64,000 bases of DNA, from assembly GCA_038087875.1 (NCBI GenBank), contig JAXLNO010003796.1, positions 558,001 to 622,000 of the forward strand, written 5' to 3'. Under the pieces are notes generated by a model, which ran no database searches, was not told the DNA's origin, and saw nothing but the letters and a program-made list of their open reading frames with translations. This DNA comes from Malacoraja senta. Its lineage: Eukaryota. Shown here piece after piece: positions 41,576 through 54,030 of this stretch. Every line of letters begins with the position of its first letter. The first letter of the stretch is position 1. The position numbers and the translations under genes are program-made.

Positions 41576-42175
41576 ATGTTTCTTTTCTACGATACAGCCT
41601 TCTATTAAACACTGTAATTAAATCTACCTCTATTTCAACTCCTGGCAGTGTATTCCTGAGCCAGATGACTCGCTGCGTAAGTTTACCTCACTTGTAATTC
41701 TTTTGTCAATCATCTTTAATCTATCTCCCCTGCTTCTCGCCCCCTCTATTAATGGGAACAGTTTATCTCTATTCACTGTCTATATCTGTATCAGATTCAC
41801 TCAAAACCTCCTGTGTTCCAAGCGGAACAATCTCCACTTCTTCAATTAACGGAACTAAAGTTCCCCTTCTCCAGAATAATTTTGGTTCATCTTTTCTGAA
41901 CCCTGGTAAAGTTTTTCCATCATTTTAAAATAGAAATCTGACAAAGGGTCTTTGACCTGAAATGTTAACTGTGTCCCCTTTTCACAACTGCTGCTGACCA
42001 TAATGCTGAGTGTTTCCAACATTTTCTATTTTTATATACTTTTTAAATGTGGCACATGAGGCCACAACAATTCTTTATACACATCAATTGTTTTTAAAAT
42101 TAAACTAGTCTCAACTGAACTACATGGATAATCAGTCATCTACCACTTTCATTTCCTCTCAGAATTATTGTTCTT

Positions 42176-42323
42176 NNNNNNNNNNNNNNNNNNNNNNNNN
42201 NNNNNNNNNNNNNNNNNNNNNNNNNNNNNNNNNNNNNNNNNNNNNNNNNNNNNNNNNNNNNNNNNNNNNNNNNNNNNNNNNNNNNNNNNNNNNNNNNNNN
42301 NNNNNNNNNNNNNNNNNNNNNNN
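42176..42323. other. Assembly gap (148 N)
   Basis: Run of n characters. Confidence 1.
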
Positions 42324-44189
42324 TCAGGGAATTATGCATCATTATCTGAAATAAACTTAACCCCCAATTTACGATTTGCAGTAAATATTTTGCCATTTTT
42401 CCTTCAAGTATTTCTCCCTTTATAAAGCATCGCAGATCCCCAAGAACATTGTTATTTTTCAAGGCATCAAATGAATTTCAGACTCAACTGAAAATATGTA
42501 TTTATCTATTCTCCATTTGTATCATGTTTTCCCAACAGCCACAAGTTGACTATTCACCTTATAACTTAAAGTTCAAGAAATTCCCAGGAATAAAATGTTA
42601 AAGAGGCACTCTCTAAATAGATTGTAATTGTCAGAATAGTTTCATTGCCTTACCAATGCCTTTTAATATACCTGCAGATATGGACCTGTTAAAGTCCACT
42701 GCACACATTGTGAAAGAGTGGTGGGGATCTAATAAACCCTGAGTAACACCGGAAGATAGAACTTTGTTGTGATGTGCTGAAGCTGAACACACTCTCACTT
42801 CATTGTGTAAAACTCGCTGCATCACTTTTTTTTAATTAAAAGAGCTTTAAATTCAATGACATCTGTACTTTGTCTTTCAGCCCCTTCAACAGCCATCACA
42901 TCGCTAACCAGCTGTATAGTATTAGCCCCGTCATGCCAATTGTTTTGCTACAAGCTTTTCCTCGAATTCAACTGTTTGAACCCAGCTCATGGAACTTTAG
43001 GTCCAAGGTCTCCTGAACTTTTAATCCTTCACAGTTGTCCATCAGCACACTTTTTTGACCAGCTCAGCTCAGCAACTAATAGAGGTTTATTTGAAATGAA
43101 TCTTGTTACTGATGACTTTGAAGAAGAGATTGCTTTTTCATAGATGTCTGCGATAATGGTAGTTACTAAAATACCACCATAGTAAACTGTCCCTTTAATC
43201 TGAAGTTTCCTTTTCTTTCTTTCTTCAATAGTTTTACCAATTCCCAATTTAGTTCTCAGAGTACCAAGAACCAAAGCCACAAAAGCTCAATTACTTTCCT
43301 TATAGGCACAATAACTTTCAGTTATGTGAAGCAAACACTCACTTAACTTTCCCTTTTGTGTAAATCAATTAGAAACTCCTGTGTCTGTTTAAATAAATCA
43401 GAAATCCAAATCTTCCAAACTAGTACTTTCTTTACAATTAGATCAAGGGTTAAACTCTCTTGGAATCAGAGACAGGAATGCTGGGTTAAGGAACCGATGA
43501 AGCAAAACAAATCAGACATTAAATTTCAAGTTACAATGTGAACTAAGAACATTCAATGCATCATCAGCATAACATGCTTTGTGATCTTAGAAGTACCATG
43601 ATGATTCATTCAGATAAGTGAACTTTGAAGCTGATGATCAAACAAATATATTAAAAGATAAATCATAGATTTGGAAAATCTGTGTTCTCCATGACTGAAT
43701 GTAATTTTTTTTGTGAAATAAATATAAAATGTATGCATTGATGTTGGCCAACTGGTAGTTACGGTCCCTAATGGACCAATTCTCAATTTCAATTATACCA
43801 TTAGAAAAATCAGATACTTCCTCTTAGATTGTGAAAAATATAAGGATCCTAAGAGTGACTTTCATCCATTAATCCACATTCATTTTTTTTGCACTTTCCA
43901 TCTAAGCAGAAACATTTCCTCAGAAACATTTTGAATGGCAAATAGTTCTAATTCTGTATCATTTTCTGTACCTCCCATTGCATTTGTTAAAAGGTCATGG
44001 TTGGTTGCCAAGATAACTACACTTGAAATTATTCTTTGGATCAGTGCAATTCATTCAATTAGGAAGATCTTAAGGTACCTAAATTGCTTAAGAAACAATT
44101 CAATGTTTTCACCTTGGGACGTGGGCATTAATGATAAGGTTATCATTTATTGGCCAACTCTACATTACCTTTGCAAGATAAAGGCACGG

Positions 44190-45255
44190 AATCATAGACA
44201 ATATAGCCAGAAACAGGCCTGGGTCAACTCATCCATGCCAAGCAAGTTGCCTAACTGAGCTTGCCTGCGCCCAGCCTGCATCCATCCAAATCTTTCCTAT
44301 CCATGTATGGCCAAGTATATATTAAATGTCTTAATTGTACCCATCCCTGGCAGTTAATTCCATATATGCACCATCCTCTGTGAGGAAAAGCTGCCCCTGG
44401 TAAGGTTGTGGCAAGATGCCTTCTTGAATCTGGCAAATAGTCCCCCTTAGTGCCATTGGGCACAGCATCTAGGCCCAACACTGATGAAGGAATGACGACT
44501 CACTTCTAAGTTACGATGGTCATGTAGTCATACAGTCCAGAAACAGACCTTTTGGCCCTCAATGTTCATGCCATCCATCATCCTATTTGGCCACATTAGG
44601 CTTGCATGTCTTGGCAATACAAGTACTTGTCTAGATGCTTTTAAATGTTGAGAGAATATTAGCTTCCAACACCTCTTCAGGCAGTGTGCTCTAGATCCCA
44701 ACCACCTTCTATGGGAAAAATATTCCCCCTCATATCCCATCTAAACTTCCTACTTTTCACCTTAAATGTATTCCCTCTTGCCTTAGACCCCTCGCAATAG
44801 GAAACGGGTATTTGTTATTTACCTTATCTACTTCTTGTATAATTTTATGTACTTTTATCAGCTCACCACTTAGCCTTCTTCTCTCCAAGTTCACAAGTTA
44901 TAGGAAAGAATTAGGCCATTCGGCCCATCAAGTCTACTCCGCCATTCAATCCTGGCTGATCTCTGCCTCCTAATCCCATTTTCTGCCTTCTCCCCATAAC
45001 CCTTGACACCCGTTCCAATCAAAAATGTGTCTATCCCTGCCTTAAAAATATCCTCTGACTTGGCCTCCACAGCCCTCTGTGGCAATGAATTCCACAGATT
45101 AACTACCCTCTGACTAAAGATAAGGGATAATGAACTCAGCCTATCCAGTCTCTCCGTATAAATGAAATGCTCCAATCCTGACAACATCCTGGTTCATCGT
45201 CTCTGTACTCTCCCCAATGCAATCACAACCTTCGTATAGTGTGGCAACCAGACCC
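44190..45255 (-). mobile_element. Cluster of nested CR1 3' ends
   Basis: Three antisense CR1 tails. The 44890-45120 copy encodes FSQRVVNLWNSLPQRAVEAKS. Confidence 0.8.
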
Positions 45256-46744
45256 ACACTTCCTCAACCTAAAAACAGCTGTGTGACTTGCTGCAGAATT
45301 TAATAGTTGGGATGTCCCCATTCTCTCTTTCCCCTTCCCCCAATAACTTGTACTGATCTTTTCACTCAGTCTCAGAAAGTTCATTCAAATGAATGGGGTG
45401 GTGCTTTATACCTTTCACCATGCAGGCTTCGGAAATAAGTCAAAATATTAGTTCCCTATGCAACTGTTGACTAAAGCACAACACAGCTCAATACACCAGA
45501 AATAACGAGGTTGCAATGCTTCCTCATACTGAAATAGTAATGAGAAGCCAATTGTAATGCCCTTGCTGCCAATGAACTTGAGATCAGTCAAGAACATTGT
45601 GTATTGTGCCAGAATAGAACAACTACTCATTACCTTAATCATTCAGGGATGCTTGACACATGCATCCTGGATACTGTAAGCTTAATACTAATTCCAATCC
45701 ATTTTTGCAGACAAATTGCAGAAAGGAAAATTGACTAATAGTCTCAGTGGTTGAGCGAAAACACTTAAATCAAATGGAAAAAATATATAACAAAAGGTAT
45801 TTGAATATAGTCCCAGAGCTATGAGCAGATTTTTAAATATTCATCAGTGTGGTGGGAAAGGGGAATTTACAACAGTTGAGGGGAATTGAGTGAGAATCTA
45901 GATTAAAATAATCACTTTTAAATTATTATTTTCAATTACATACATTTGTGTTCAAATAAACAAAATCTGTAAATTGTGGATGGAGATCAGAGGTTCTCAG
46001 ACATCGACATCTTTCAAAATTTGATTACAGAAGACATGTGGATATTATTTTTACCTGATTTGTTCTGATCTGCAATGCAATGACTTGAAATGGTGGTGGA
46101 AACTCAAACCAAGTACAAATCCTGTCATGAAAAAATCTGCAGGCCCATGGGGTAAGATTGTGAAGACTAATTGGTGAGCTCAATCAAAGAGCTGTCATAT
46201 GTACTACGAACCTTGTTCTGTGCAGCAAGATTTAATTATTCTAACCCTACAAGTTTAGATTTTAATAGTTTCTCCAAATTTTAACATTTGCACCCACTGT
46301 TTGATGTTTAACTAAAAGTTAGGAATGTTGTGATGTATAAAAATCAACAATCATTGAATTATCAGTTACCAACTATCAGTTCAACCATTTGTTTCCATAA
46401 ATGTAATGCTGTAAAAAGGCTATGCCATCATACATTTTGATAATTTTACATTTGTAAGTGAATGCATGCAAAACAGGTTGACCACCACAGTTATGTGTAT
46501 GTACATTACATATGGCCACGGATTCTTTTACTCATTAGAAATATTTCTATACAATTACTTTCAAGGCCAACGTGTTTGTAAAAATGGAATCTAATTTGTT
46601 TTCTGGAATGTTCCTTTTACTTCCCCAAATGGTGAGCGATGCCGGATGCCTGTACATTTTCATAGGTGATGACATACAGTATGGCAGACATTGATGCATT
46701 TTGCTTTTCTAAAACCACTGCAAAAAATACAGTCTTGAGAATAG

Positions 46745-46858
46745 TTTAAGAAGGAACTGCAGATGCGGTAAAATCGTAGGTAGATAAAATTGCTGGAGAA
46801 ACTCAGTGGGTGCGGCAGCATCTATGGGCCGAAACGTTGCCTATTTCCTTCGGTCCAT
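46745..46858. mobile_element. Short Penelope-derived element with internal inversion and 14-bp TSD
   Basis: Flanked by AGTCTTGAGAATAG at 46731-46744 and 46859-46872. The minus-oriented body switches to plus (gccgaaacgttgcctatttcc) near 46826. Confidence 0.8.
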
Positions 46859-47208
46859 AGTCTTGAGAATAGAATGGTTTGAATCCGTAAAGGAGAGCAT
46901 TTCTTTCAGATCAACAGTGCCAGCTGCTGGAATTTAGCAGTATTGCCATGATTTCTGGAATTAATAGGTACAATAAAATAATTATATTCCAACAGAATCA
47001 AGGCAATGAGCCTAAAAACAACAGAAAGCAATAAAAGAGAAAGGAGGAGTGAAAATAATAATAGATTTTTAGTGAAAGATGTTTTTTAAACTGCTCATGC
47101 AGGAAACCTAAATTGAAAACTGAATAAGCTGGAAAACCCGAGCAGCATTGTTATTGTTTTCAATTGAAGACCCTTTGTCAGAAAGAGAGAAAATAAGTTA
47201 ATCTTAAG

Positions 47209-47340
47209 ATCTGAGGAAGGGTTCCAACCCGAAACGTCACCTATTCCTTTTCTCCAGCGATGTTGCCTGACCCACTGAGTTACTCTAGCATTTTGTGTCT
47301 ATCTTCGGTATAAACCAGCATCTGTAGTTCCTTCCTACAC
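47209..47340 (+). mobile_element. Short Penelope-derived element with intact minimal hammerhead core
   Basis: 47211-47238 reads CTGAGGA-A-GGGTTCCAACCC-GAAAC-GTC, followed by the family body. Confidence 0.75.
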
Positions 47341-48189
47341 AATTTAATCATCATTTTTTTAATAATTGAAAGTTGGGCCTCAAGAACTATAATTTAGACA
47401 GAATGTTAATGGCTGAGGGCACAGGATATACAAGTAAATATCACTAATTTTTTTAAAGAAAGATACAAGTAAATTATATTCGTCAGAATGAGAAAGCGAC
47501 TCGAACTTGAAAAGGTTACAAACAAATTTAAAAACTGAACAAGGCTGCAAATAGAATACATTTCACCCCTAGAGTCCGCTGCATTATTCAATTAGATCAT
47601 AGCTAATGTGGACTTCAAATACAATCATATTTCTTCACACACAATATTATATTTATCAATCTTTAAAGCTGCAATTTTCACACCATTCACATGTTTTGAG
47701 GAAAGAGTTCCAGTTTGCTACCTTTTCAATGTGGTAGCAACCTGCAGGCCATGCAGAAAATATCAATTTGGAAGAAAGGTTGTTTGGAGAACAGCAATGG
47801 GCAAAGGCTGCAGGAAAATAGGTTAAGAATTGAAATAAAAAGAAAACGGTCATAAAATTACTATTCTTGGAAACAGAAAACAACAATCAATTACCCTTTG
47901 TCCTTATTTTATTTTTAAAGTTAGGTGCATTAATATTATGTAACTACTTTTTATATTAAAATTTTAGTAGCTTCATTTCAAATCAGTGAGCTTAGCAACC
48001 CTGGGTTTTATGGATTTTGGGGACATTGGTTATCATGTTAAGATGTTTAGGAGAAAGTCAGTACTTTCCTATAAAGTAAACAGGAACAAAACTCAAGAAA
48101 TGGTCATCCTAGATGTTGTTTAATTAGACTTTCCCAGTGAGTAATTTACCCGATTAGCCTTTTGATGCCTTGGAAAGAAAGCAATCTTT

Positions 48190-48463
48190 GTCTTGTAACC
48201 TTCTATGTTTTCATCTCTAGCCTTTGTCCAATCATCTGCCTATCACCCCCACCCCTCTCACCTGTGTCAGCCTATTACAGGCCAGACTTTGTCCTGCCCC
48301 TCCTCTCTTCCTGCTTTCTGTCCCCTCCCAGTACAATCAATCTGAAGAAGAGTCCCGACCCGAAATGTCACCTATCCATGTTCTCATGTGTTGATACCTG
48401 ACCTGCTGAGCTACTCCAGCACTCTATCTTCTTTTGAAAACCAGCATCTGCAGTTCCCTGTTT
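48190..48463 (+). mobile_element. Penelope-derived 3' UTR with terminal repeat
   Basis: Same layout as 20540-20768, ending tctgaagaagagtcccgacccgaaatgtcacc...ccagcatctgcagttcc. Confidence 0.7.
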
Positions 48464-49861
48464 CGAGTATTACAAAAGATTCAGCAAAGGATTTGCGTTG
48501 TGTGTTGAATGTTACAAATTACTGCAAGATTCATCCATAAATCACCACTGCTCATAATTTCCCCTTTATGTATGAGTCCCAATCATATTTAATGTATTAT
48601 TTTTGTTCAAGGTGGCGAGTCCCACAGAAATAATTTAATACTATTTATCAGTTTTAATCTACCCAAGAGAAAATATTGAAAAGATTGATTCCACATCTAA
48701 AATACAGAGAAGTAATTGTTTCATGTGGAACCAGTTTTAGATAGATTGCAATGTTTTCCATTTATGCAGTTATGCAGCATTTGCAGTTTTGGTGTCCTTT
48801 CCAAATTTATACAAACCTGCCCACGATCGTTCATCAATTTCCCTTTACCCTTGTGCCCTTTCTCATTAATCAGATTTCACTCTGCTATCTGAGAGGAGGA
48901 AAATTATATACCAATAAGCAAATACCCATTGTAAAAATATATGATTAGTGTCTATAATTATGCAGACAATATCTGAACACCTGGAAAGTTTTCATCTGAT
49001 CATGGCAGCCAACATGTCTTGCAAAGGGGAGTTCATGTCCTACAAATCTGATCAATGTTTTTAGTAGTGGACAGGCACATATCTAATGATGTTATTGCTA
49101 TGAAGTGTCTGAAGATATTTGATATAATCTCTCATGAGAGATTATTACTAAAGCTGAACATCATGTAACTAAATGCCATTAACTTGACCAGGAGGCAGAT
49201 ACTCAAAAATGGCAGACTGTACTGAGGTGTCCTGCTAGATGGGGCTACAAATCTTTCAAGAAGTTCAGTTCCTGGTCTTTGCTCTATCTCAATGTTTCTT
49301 TTTTGAAAAGAATATCACTATGAAGATTCAAAAGTAGAAACAAGGTTTGAATTTTCCTTACTAGACACTCAGATCAATGATAGCGAGTAAATCAGCAGTG
49401 CAAGATTTTTTTTTCTATTTGCTGTTGAGTTGGCTAACCTTGGATAACAGATATGCAAACCCATTACCCTGCGCAAGAGGAAAAAAAATCAAAGAAATTC
49501 ATTTATGCTTGCCGCACGGTGATACACTTCTCAGAAATACGAATGCATGAAAATGATCATTCTGCTCCTGTCAGATAGTCTCAGTGCTTAATTTTCGCTT
49601 ACAAAAAATGTCTAATTGAGGAAAGTACCAGAGAGCTGATATATTTGAAGCAACACAATAAGAATCGGTGGCTTCAAGAGGAAGATTGAAAATGGAATAA
49701 AGTAAAGAGACTGAAGGGTGAATATATTTATCATTTCGCATAACTTTTTGATAATGGAAAGCAACATATTCTCTGAAATACCTTTTTCATTAAGTAATTG
49801 TTACAAATATACTTTAACCCTGATGAACAAAAGATTCTACTGAATTTATTAAATATATAAA

Positions 49862-50147
49862 TGAGTGGCGCAGCGGTAGAGTTGCTGCCTTACAGCACCA
49901 GACACCCGGGTTTGATCCTGACTACGGGTACTATCTGGAGGGAGTTTGTACGTTCACCCCATGTCCTGCGTGGGTTTGCTCTGGGAGCTCCAGTTTCCTC
50001 CAAAGGCATACAGGTTTTTAAGTTAATTGGCATGGTAAAATTGTAAAATTATCCCTAGTGTGTGTAGGATAGTGTTAGTGTGCGGGAATCACTCGTCGGC
50101 GTGGGCCGAAGGGCTTATTTCCTTGCTGTATCTCTAAACTAAACTAC
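49862..50147 (+). mobile_element. tRNA-derived V-SINE
   Basis: gtggcgcagcggtagag A box, gggtttgatcc B box, V domain, ctaaactaaac tail. Confidence 0.85.
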
Positions 50148-50159
50148 TAATTTTGGTAG

Positions 50160-50294
50160 AGTGTGTAAGAAGGAACAGCAGATGCTGGTTTAAACCGAAG
50201 ATAGACACAATAAGCTGGAGTAACTCAGCGGGACAGACGGCATCTCTGGAGAGAAGGAATGGGTGACGTTTCTGGTCGAGACCCTTCTTCAGAC
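50160..50294 (-). mobile_element. Short Penelope-derived element
   Basis: Full family body ending ...gagacccttcttcagac. Confidence 0.8.
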
Positions 50295-50522
50295 TTAGTA
50301 TTGTAAAGTACCAGGTGGCAAAGGCTTGGTCAGCTTTGTAAGATCACAACCTTTCATTTACATTCAGTGCCAACCTCCTGAATATAAATCGGAATTACCT
50401 GATAGTTAATTGTTAAAATGAATCAGTCTCACAATATTACAAATTAATTATATATATTTAAAATAATTTACATTTTAGCACTAAATTGCATTTAATATTT
50501 AATAATGAACATATCAGATGAA

Positions 50523-50607
50523 GAAGGGTCTCGACCTGAAACAACACCCATTCCTTCTATCCAGAGATGCTGCCTGTCCCGCTGAGTTACTCCAGCATTT
50601 AGTGTAT
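50523..50607 (+). mobile_element. Short Penelope-derived element with 12-bp TSD
   Basis: Flanked by ATATCAGATGAA at 50511-50522 and 50608-50619. Confidence 0.75.
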
Positions 50608-51464
50608 ATATCAGATGAATATTTTAACTTATTGTTTACATTTGACTTTATTTTCTCATTCTCCATTACTAACTTACAATTAATTAATGAAATCTGGAAT
50701 GGATATGTTGAGAACAATTATTGGAAATCAACATCTGAATAGTAATGAAACAAATAGGGAATGTTTACAGATGGGTTCAACAACAATCAGACTGCCTGCA
50801 AAAAGACAACCAAACCCGTATTGGCATTACTAAGTTAAAATGTTGTCAGTGTTTTGGTTACATTGCAATTGGATGTGTATATTCTTAACATGAATGGATT
50901 TAAGGCCAATGATGGACAGATTTGATCAAAGCCGTTTATGGTACCAGCAACTAGGCCAGATACCAGTCATCATCCTCTGAAATAAAGTGCATAGTTAGCA
51001 ATTATTAAGTTGCTAAATTCCTTTAAAAGCCATTTATGAGTGCCCGAAAGGACTTCCAGTTGTTCCGAATGAATTAATCCTTCATGCTCATCCTATATTG
51101 GTTGACTCTTCATTTTGTATACTTCAATTAAACCAACCATTTTGTTCCAAAGAAAACAATATCAGTTCCTCTCCAAAAATATGTTGGTCCTGTCCCAGCT
51201 ATATCATAATCAGGGAGTAATAGAAACATACGGCAATAACCTACATATTGGCCCACTGAGGCCACTCCAACCATCACCATCCACGTACACTAATTCTATT
51301 TTACACTCACCGCATTCCCATCAAGTCCCCACTCAGTCTATCCACCCACACACATGGGGCAATATAAAATGGCCAGTTAACCTACAAAGCCATACCGTTG
51401 TGGTAATTTACTCGGTGTTCGCTCTAATACTCTCATAATACTGTGTGCCTGACGTTGAACTAAC

Positions 51465-51581
51465 CTGCATTGACGATTGCATCAATTTCCAGCTTTGTGA
51501 TATCCTCTTGCAAGAGTGAAACCTTTTCATTCAGAACATCACTCTTCTTGTAATGTGTTCTTGGCTGTTTCAGATTTTCGC
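51465..51581 (-). CDS. MACROD1: ADP-ribose glycohydrolase MACROD1, internal coding exon (probable exon 3, 117 nt, phase 1-1)
   Basis: Acceptor ttttggtttgCAG, donor GCAG|GTTAGT. Encodes (G)ENLKQPRTHYKKSDVLNEKVSLLQEDITKLEIDAIVNA(A), the start of the macro domain. FLRT1 lies antisense in the next intron, as in mammals. Confidence 0.9.
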
Positions 51582-51959
51582 CTGCAAACCAAAACATAAA
51601 AAAATTGGAATAAAGTAAAATCATAACTGTGTGTAAATCTGGATTTTCAATTATTTTCTGAATGAAAGACACTTTCTGACAGAAACACCAAGAAAATGAT
51701 CGCTGGCCTCAATCTCCATAGAACATACGATAAACAGTACAACACTTTGGCGCACCATGTCTGCACCAACTACGATGCCATGTCTGACCCAACTATGATA
51801 TCACACCGTATTGGGGACAGATCTCAAACAATGATGAGACACAGCTCAGAAAGGAGATGGAGAGCTAAGTAGCGTAGTTTTAAGGCAATAAGCTCTCCCT
51901 CAATCTCATCAAAAGAAAGGAGCTGGTCACCGATTTCAGAAAGCGAGGTGCTTGGCAAG

Positions 51960-52445
51960 GTAACTGCTCTACCCAAGATGCAAGATGCAGCAGAGTCATG
52001 GACACAGCCCAAATCATCACAAAATCAGCCTTCCAAATCCCTGTTCCCAATTGACTCCATTTACATATTGATACTTCATGCTACCTTGGGAAAGCAGCCA
52101 ACATTATCAAAGACCACACACACCATTGCCATTCTCTCTTTAACCCTCCCCTGCCAATCAGATGATACAAAAGCATGAAAGCATGAACCCCCATATTCAG
52201 GAACATCTTCTTCTCCCCTGTTAACAGATTTTTGAATGGACCTCATATTCTAAGGATATATTCCAGATCTTCTAATCTACCTTGTTTTAGTGTTGCAATT
52301 TTTTTGTCTGCACTTTTTCTATAGCTGGAACACTATATTCTGCACTCTGTTTCCTTTCTGTTCATGCATATACTCATATACTCATATATGGTCTGAAAAC
52401 TTTTTTGAATCTCGATACACATGACAATGATAAACCAATACCAAA
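51960..52445 (+). mobile_element. Rex1/Babar 3' end inside an old minus-strand CR1 (51715-52770)
   Basis: LGKQPTLSKTTH / FRNIFFSPVNRFLN motifs and a catgacaatgataaacc end. Antisense CR1 motifs follow (gaactgcagacaatactccaaatgtg). Confidence 0.65.
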
Positions 52446-53479
52446 AAAGTCCAGCGACCAGAACTGCAGACAATACTCCAAATGTGATCTAACCAAGTTT
52501 TATATAAGTGCAACACGATTTCCAAACTTCATTACCTAATGCCCCCAACGAATGATGGTAAGCATGCTGTACACCCTTACCAGCATATTCGCTTATGTTG
52601 CTAGTATCAGGGAGCTTTAGACTTCAACCTTAAGATCCTTTTGAACCTCTAAGGGTCCTGCCATTAATTATAAACTTCCATCTTGCATTTGACCTCCCAA
52701 AATGCATCAAGACACACTCATCTGGATTAAACTCCAACTTCATTTCCCTACCCAAAATTTCCATCTGATCTATACAAAATTTCCAACTGACAAAGTGAAA
52801 ATCGAACTGGCTTATTTGTTTTCCATGAATTTTGCCAGGTTTTGGTACCTCCCAAAATATTTAAAAGTATATAGCACTTTTAAAATGGAAGGCAACTAAA
52901 CTATTTGTATATAGCAGGGACCAGAAACACGTAAATCAAAAGAACATCGGTGTATAACAACTTTTGCACAAGTTTTCAGTAAGTGCCTAAAAACGTGAGC
53001 GGTGTGCATACATTTATTCCAAGTAGAAAATGAGACACCCACCATGTGCTTTGGCTCCTTCATAGGCAATGATAATGCAGGAATCAACTGCTGGTAAATT
53101 GGATTGATATTTGATGGTCGGCATGCACAAGGTGAGCCAAAAGGTCTGCTTCTATGCTTGTTTTCTCTATTACTGTATTTGCAAAGAGTGCAGAACTCAC
53201 GATTACCAGAGCACCTTCTCTAAATACCTATAGATTTACTAGACAAACTAATAAAGAAGCAATTCTTTAAAAAAGAACCACTTTAGAACTGTACTCCATC
53301 TACTGTACTCCATCCAAGGGTACCTTTGGAGTGTGAAGTGAAGTGAAGTGAGTTTATTGTCATGTGTCCCTGATAGGACAATGAAATTCTTGCTTTGCTT
53401 CAGCACACAGAACATAGTAGGCATTTACTACAAAACAGATCAATGTGTCCATATACCATAATATAAATATATACACACA

Positions 53480-54030
53480 TAGATACATAGATACATAGAA
53501 AATAGGTGCAGGAGTAGGCCATTCGGCCCTTCGAGCCTGCACCGCCATTCAATATGATCATGGCTGATCATCCAACTCAGTATCCCGTACCTGCCTTCTC
53601 TCCATACCCCCTGATCCCTTTAGCCACGAGGGCCACATCTAACTCCCTCTTAAATATAGCCAATGAACTGGCCTCAACTACCCTCTGTGGCAGAGAGTTC
53701 CAGAGATTCACCACTCTCTGTGTGAAAAAGTTTTTCCTCATCTCGGTCTTAAAGGATTTCCCCCTTATCCTTAAGCTGTGACCCCTTGTCCTGGACTTCC
53801 CCAACATCGGGAACAATCTTCCTGCATCTAGCCTGTCCAACCCCACAAGAATTTTGTACGTTTCTATAAGATCCCCTCTCAATCTCCTAAATTCTAGCGA
53901 GTATAAGCCAAGTCTATCCAGTCTTTCTTCATATGAAAGTCCTGACATCCCAGGAATCAGTCTGGTGAACCTTCTCTGCACTCCCTCTATGGCTATAATG
54001 TCCTTCCTCAGATTTGGAGACCAAAACTGT
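53480..54030 (-). mobile_element. Young CR1 LINE, 5'-truncated, inserted into a (cttca)n-tailed element
   Basis: 153-aa uninterrupted ORF2 C-terminus nearly identical to 17157-17610. cacacat is duplicated at both ends. The host tail gtgaagtgaagtgagtttattgtcatgtg starts near 53333. Confidence 0.95.

Noticed and set aside
42124-42462. ORFs spanning the N run
   Set aside because: Artefacts of the assembly gap.
28042-51581. FLRT3/MACROD2 assignment
   Set aside because: LRR and tail residues ([30 protein letters not shown]) and the exon peptide (YKK...LNEKVSLL..DITKLE) fit FLRT1/MACROD1 better, based on recalled sequences.
51460-51672. 70-aa ORF as a stand-alone gene
   Set aside because: Only 51465-51581 is homologous to a macro domain, and it is bounded by splice sites. 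The rest is intron.
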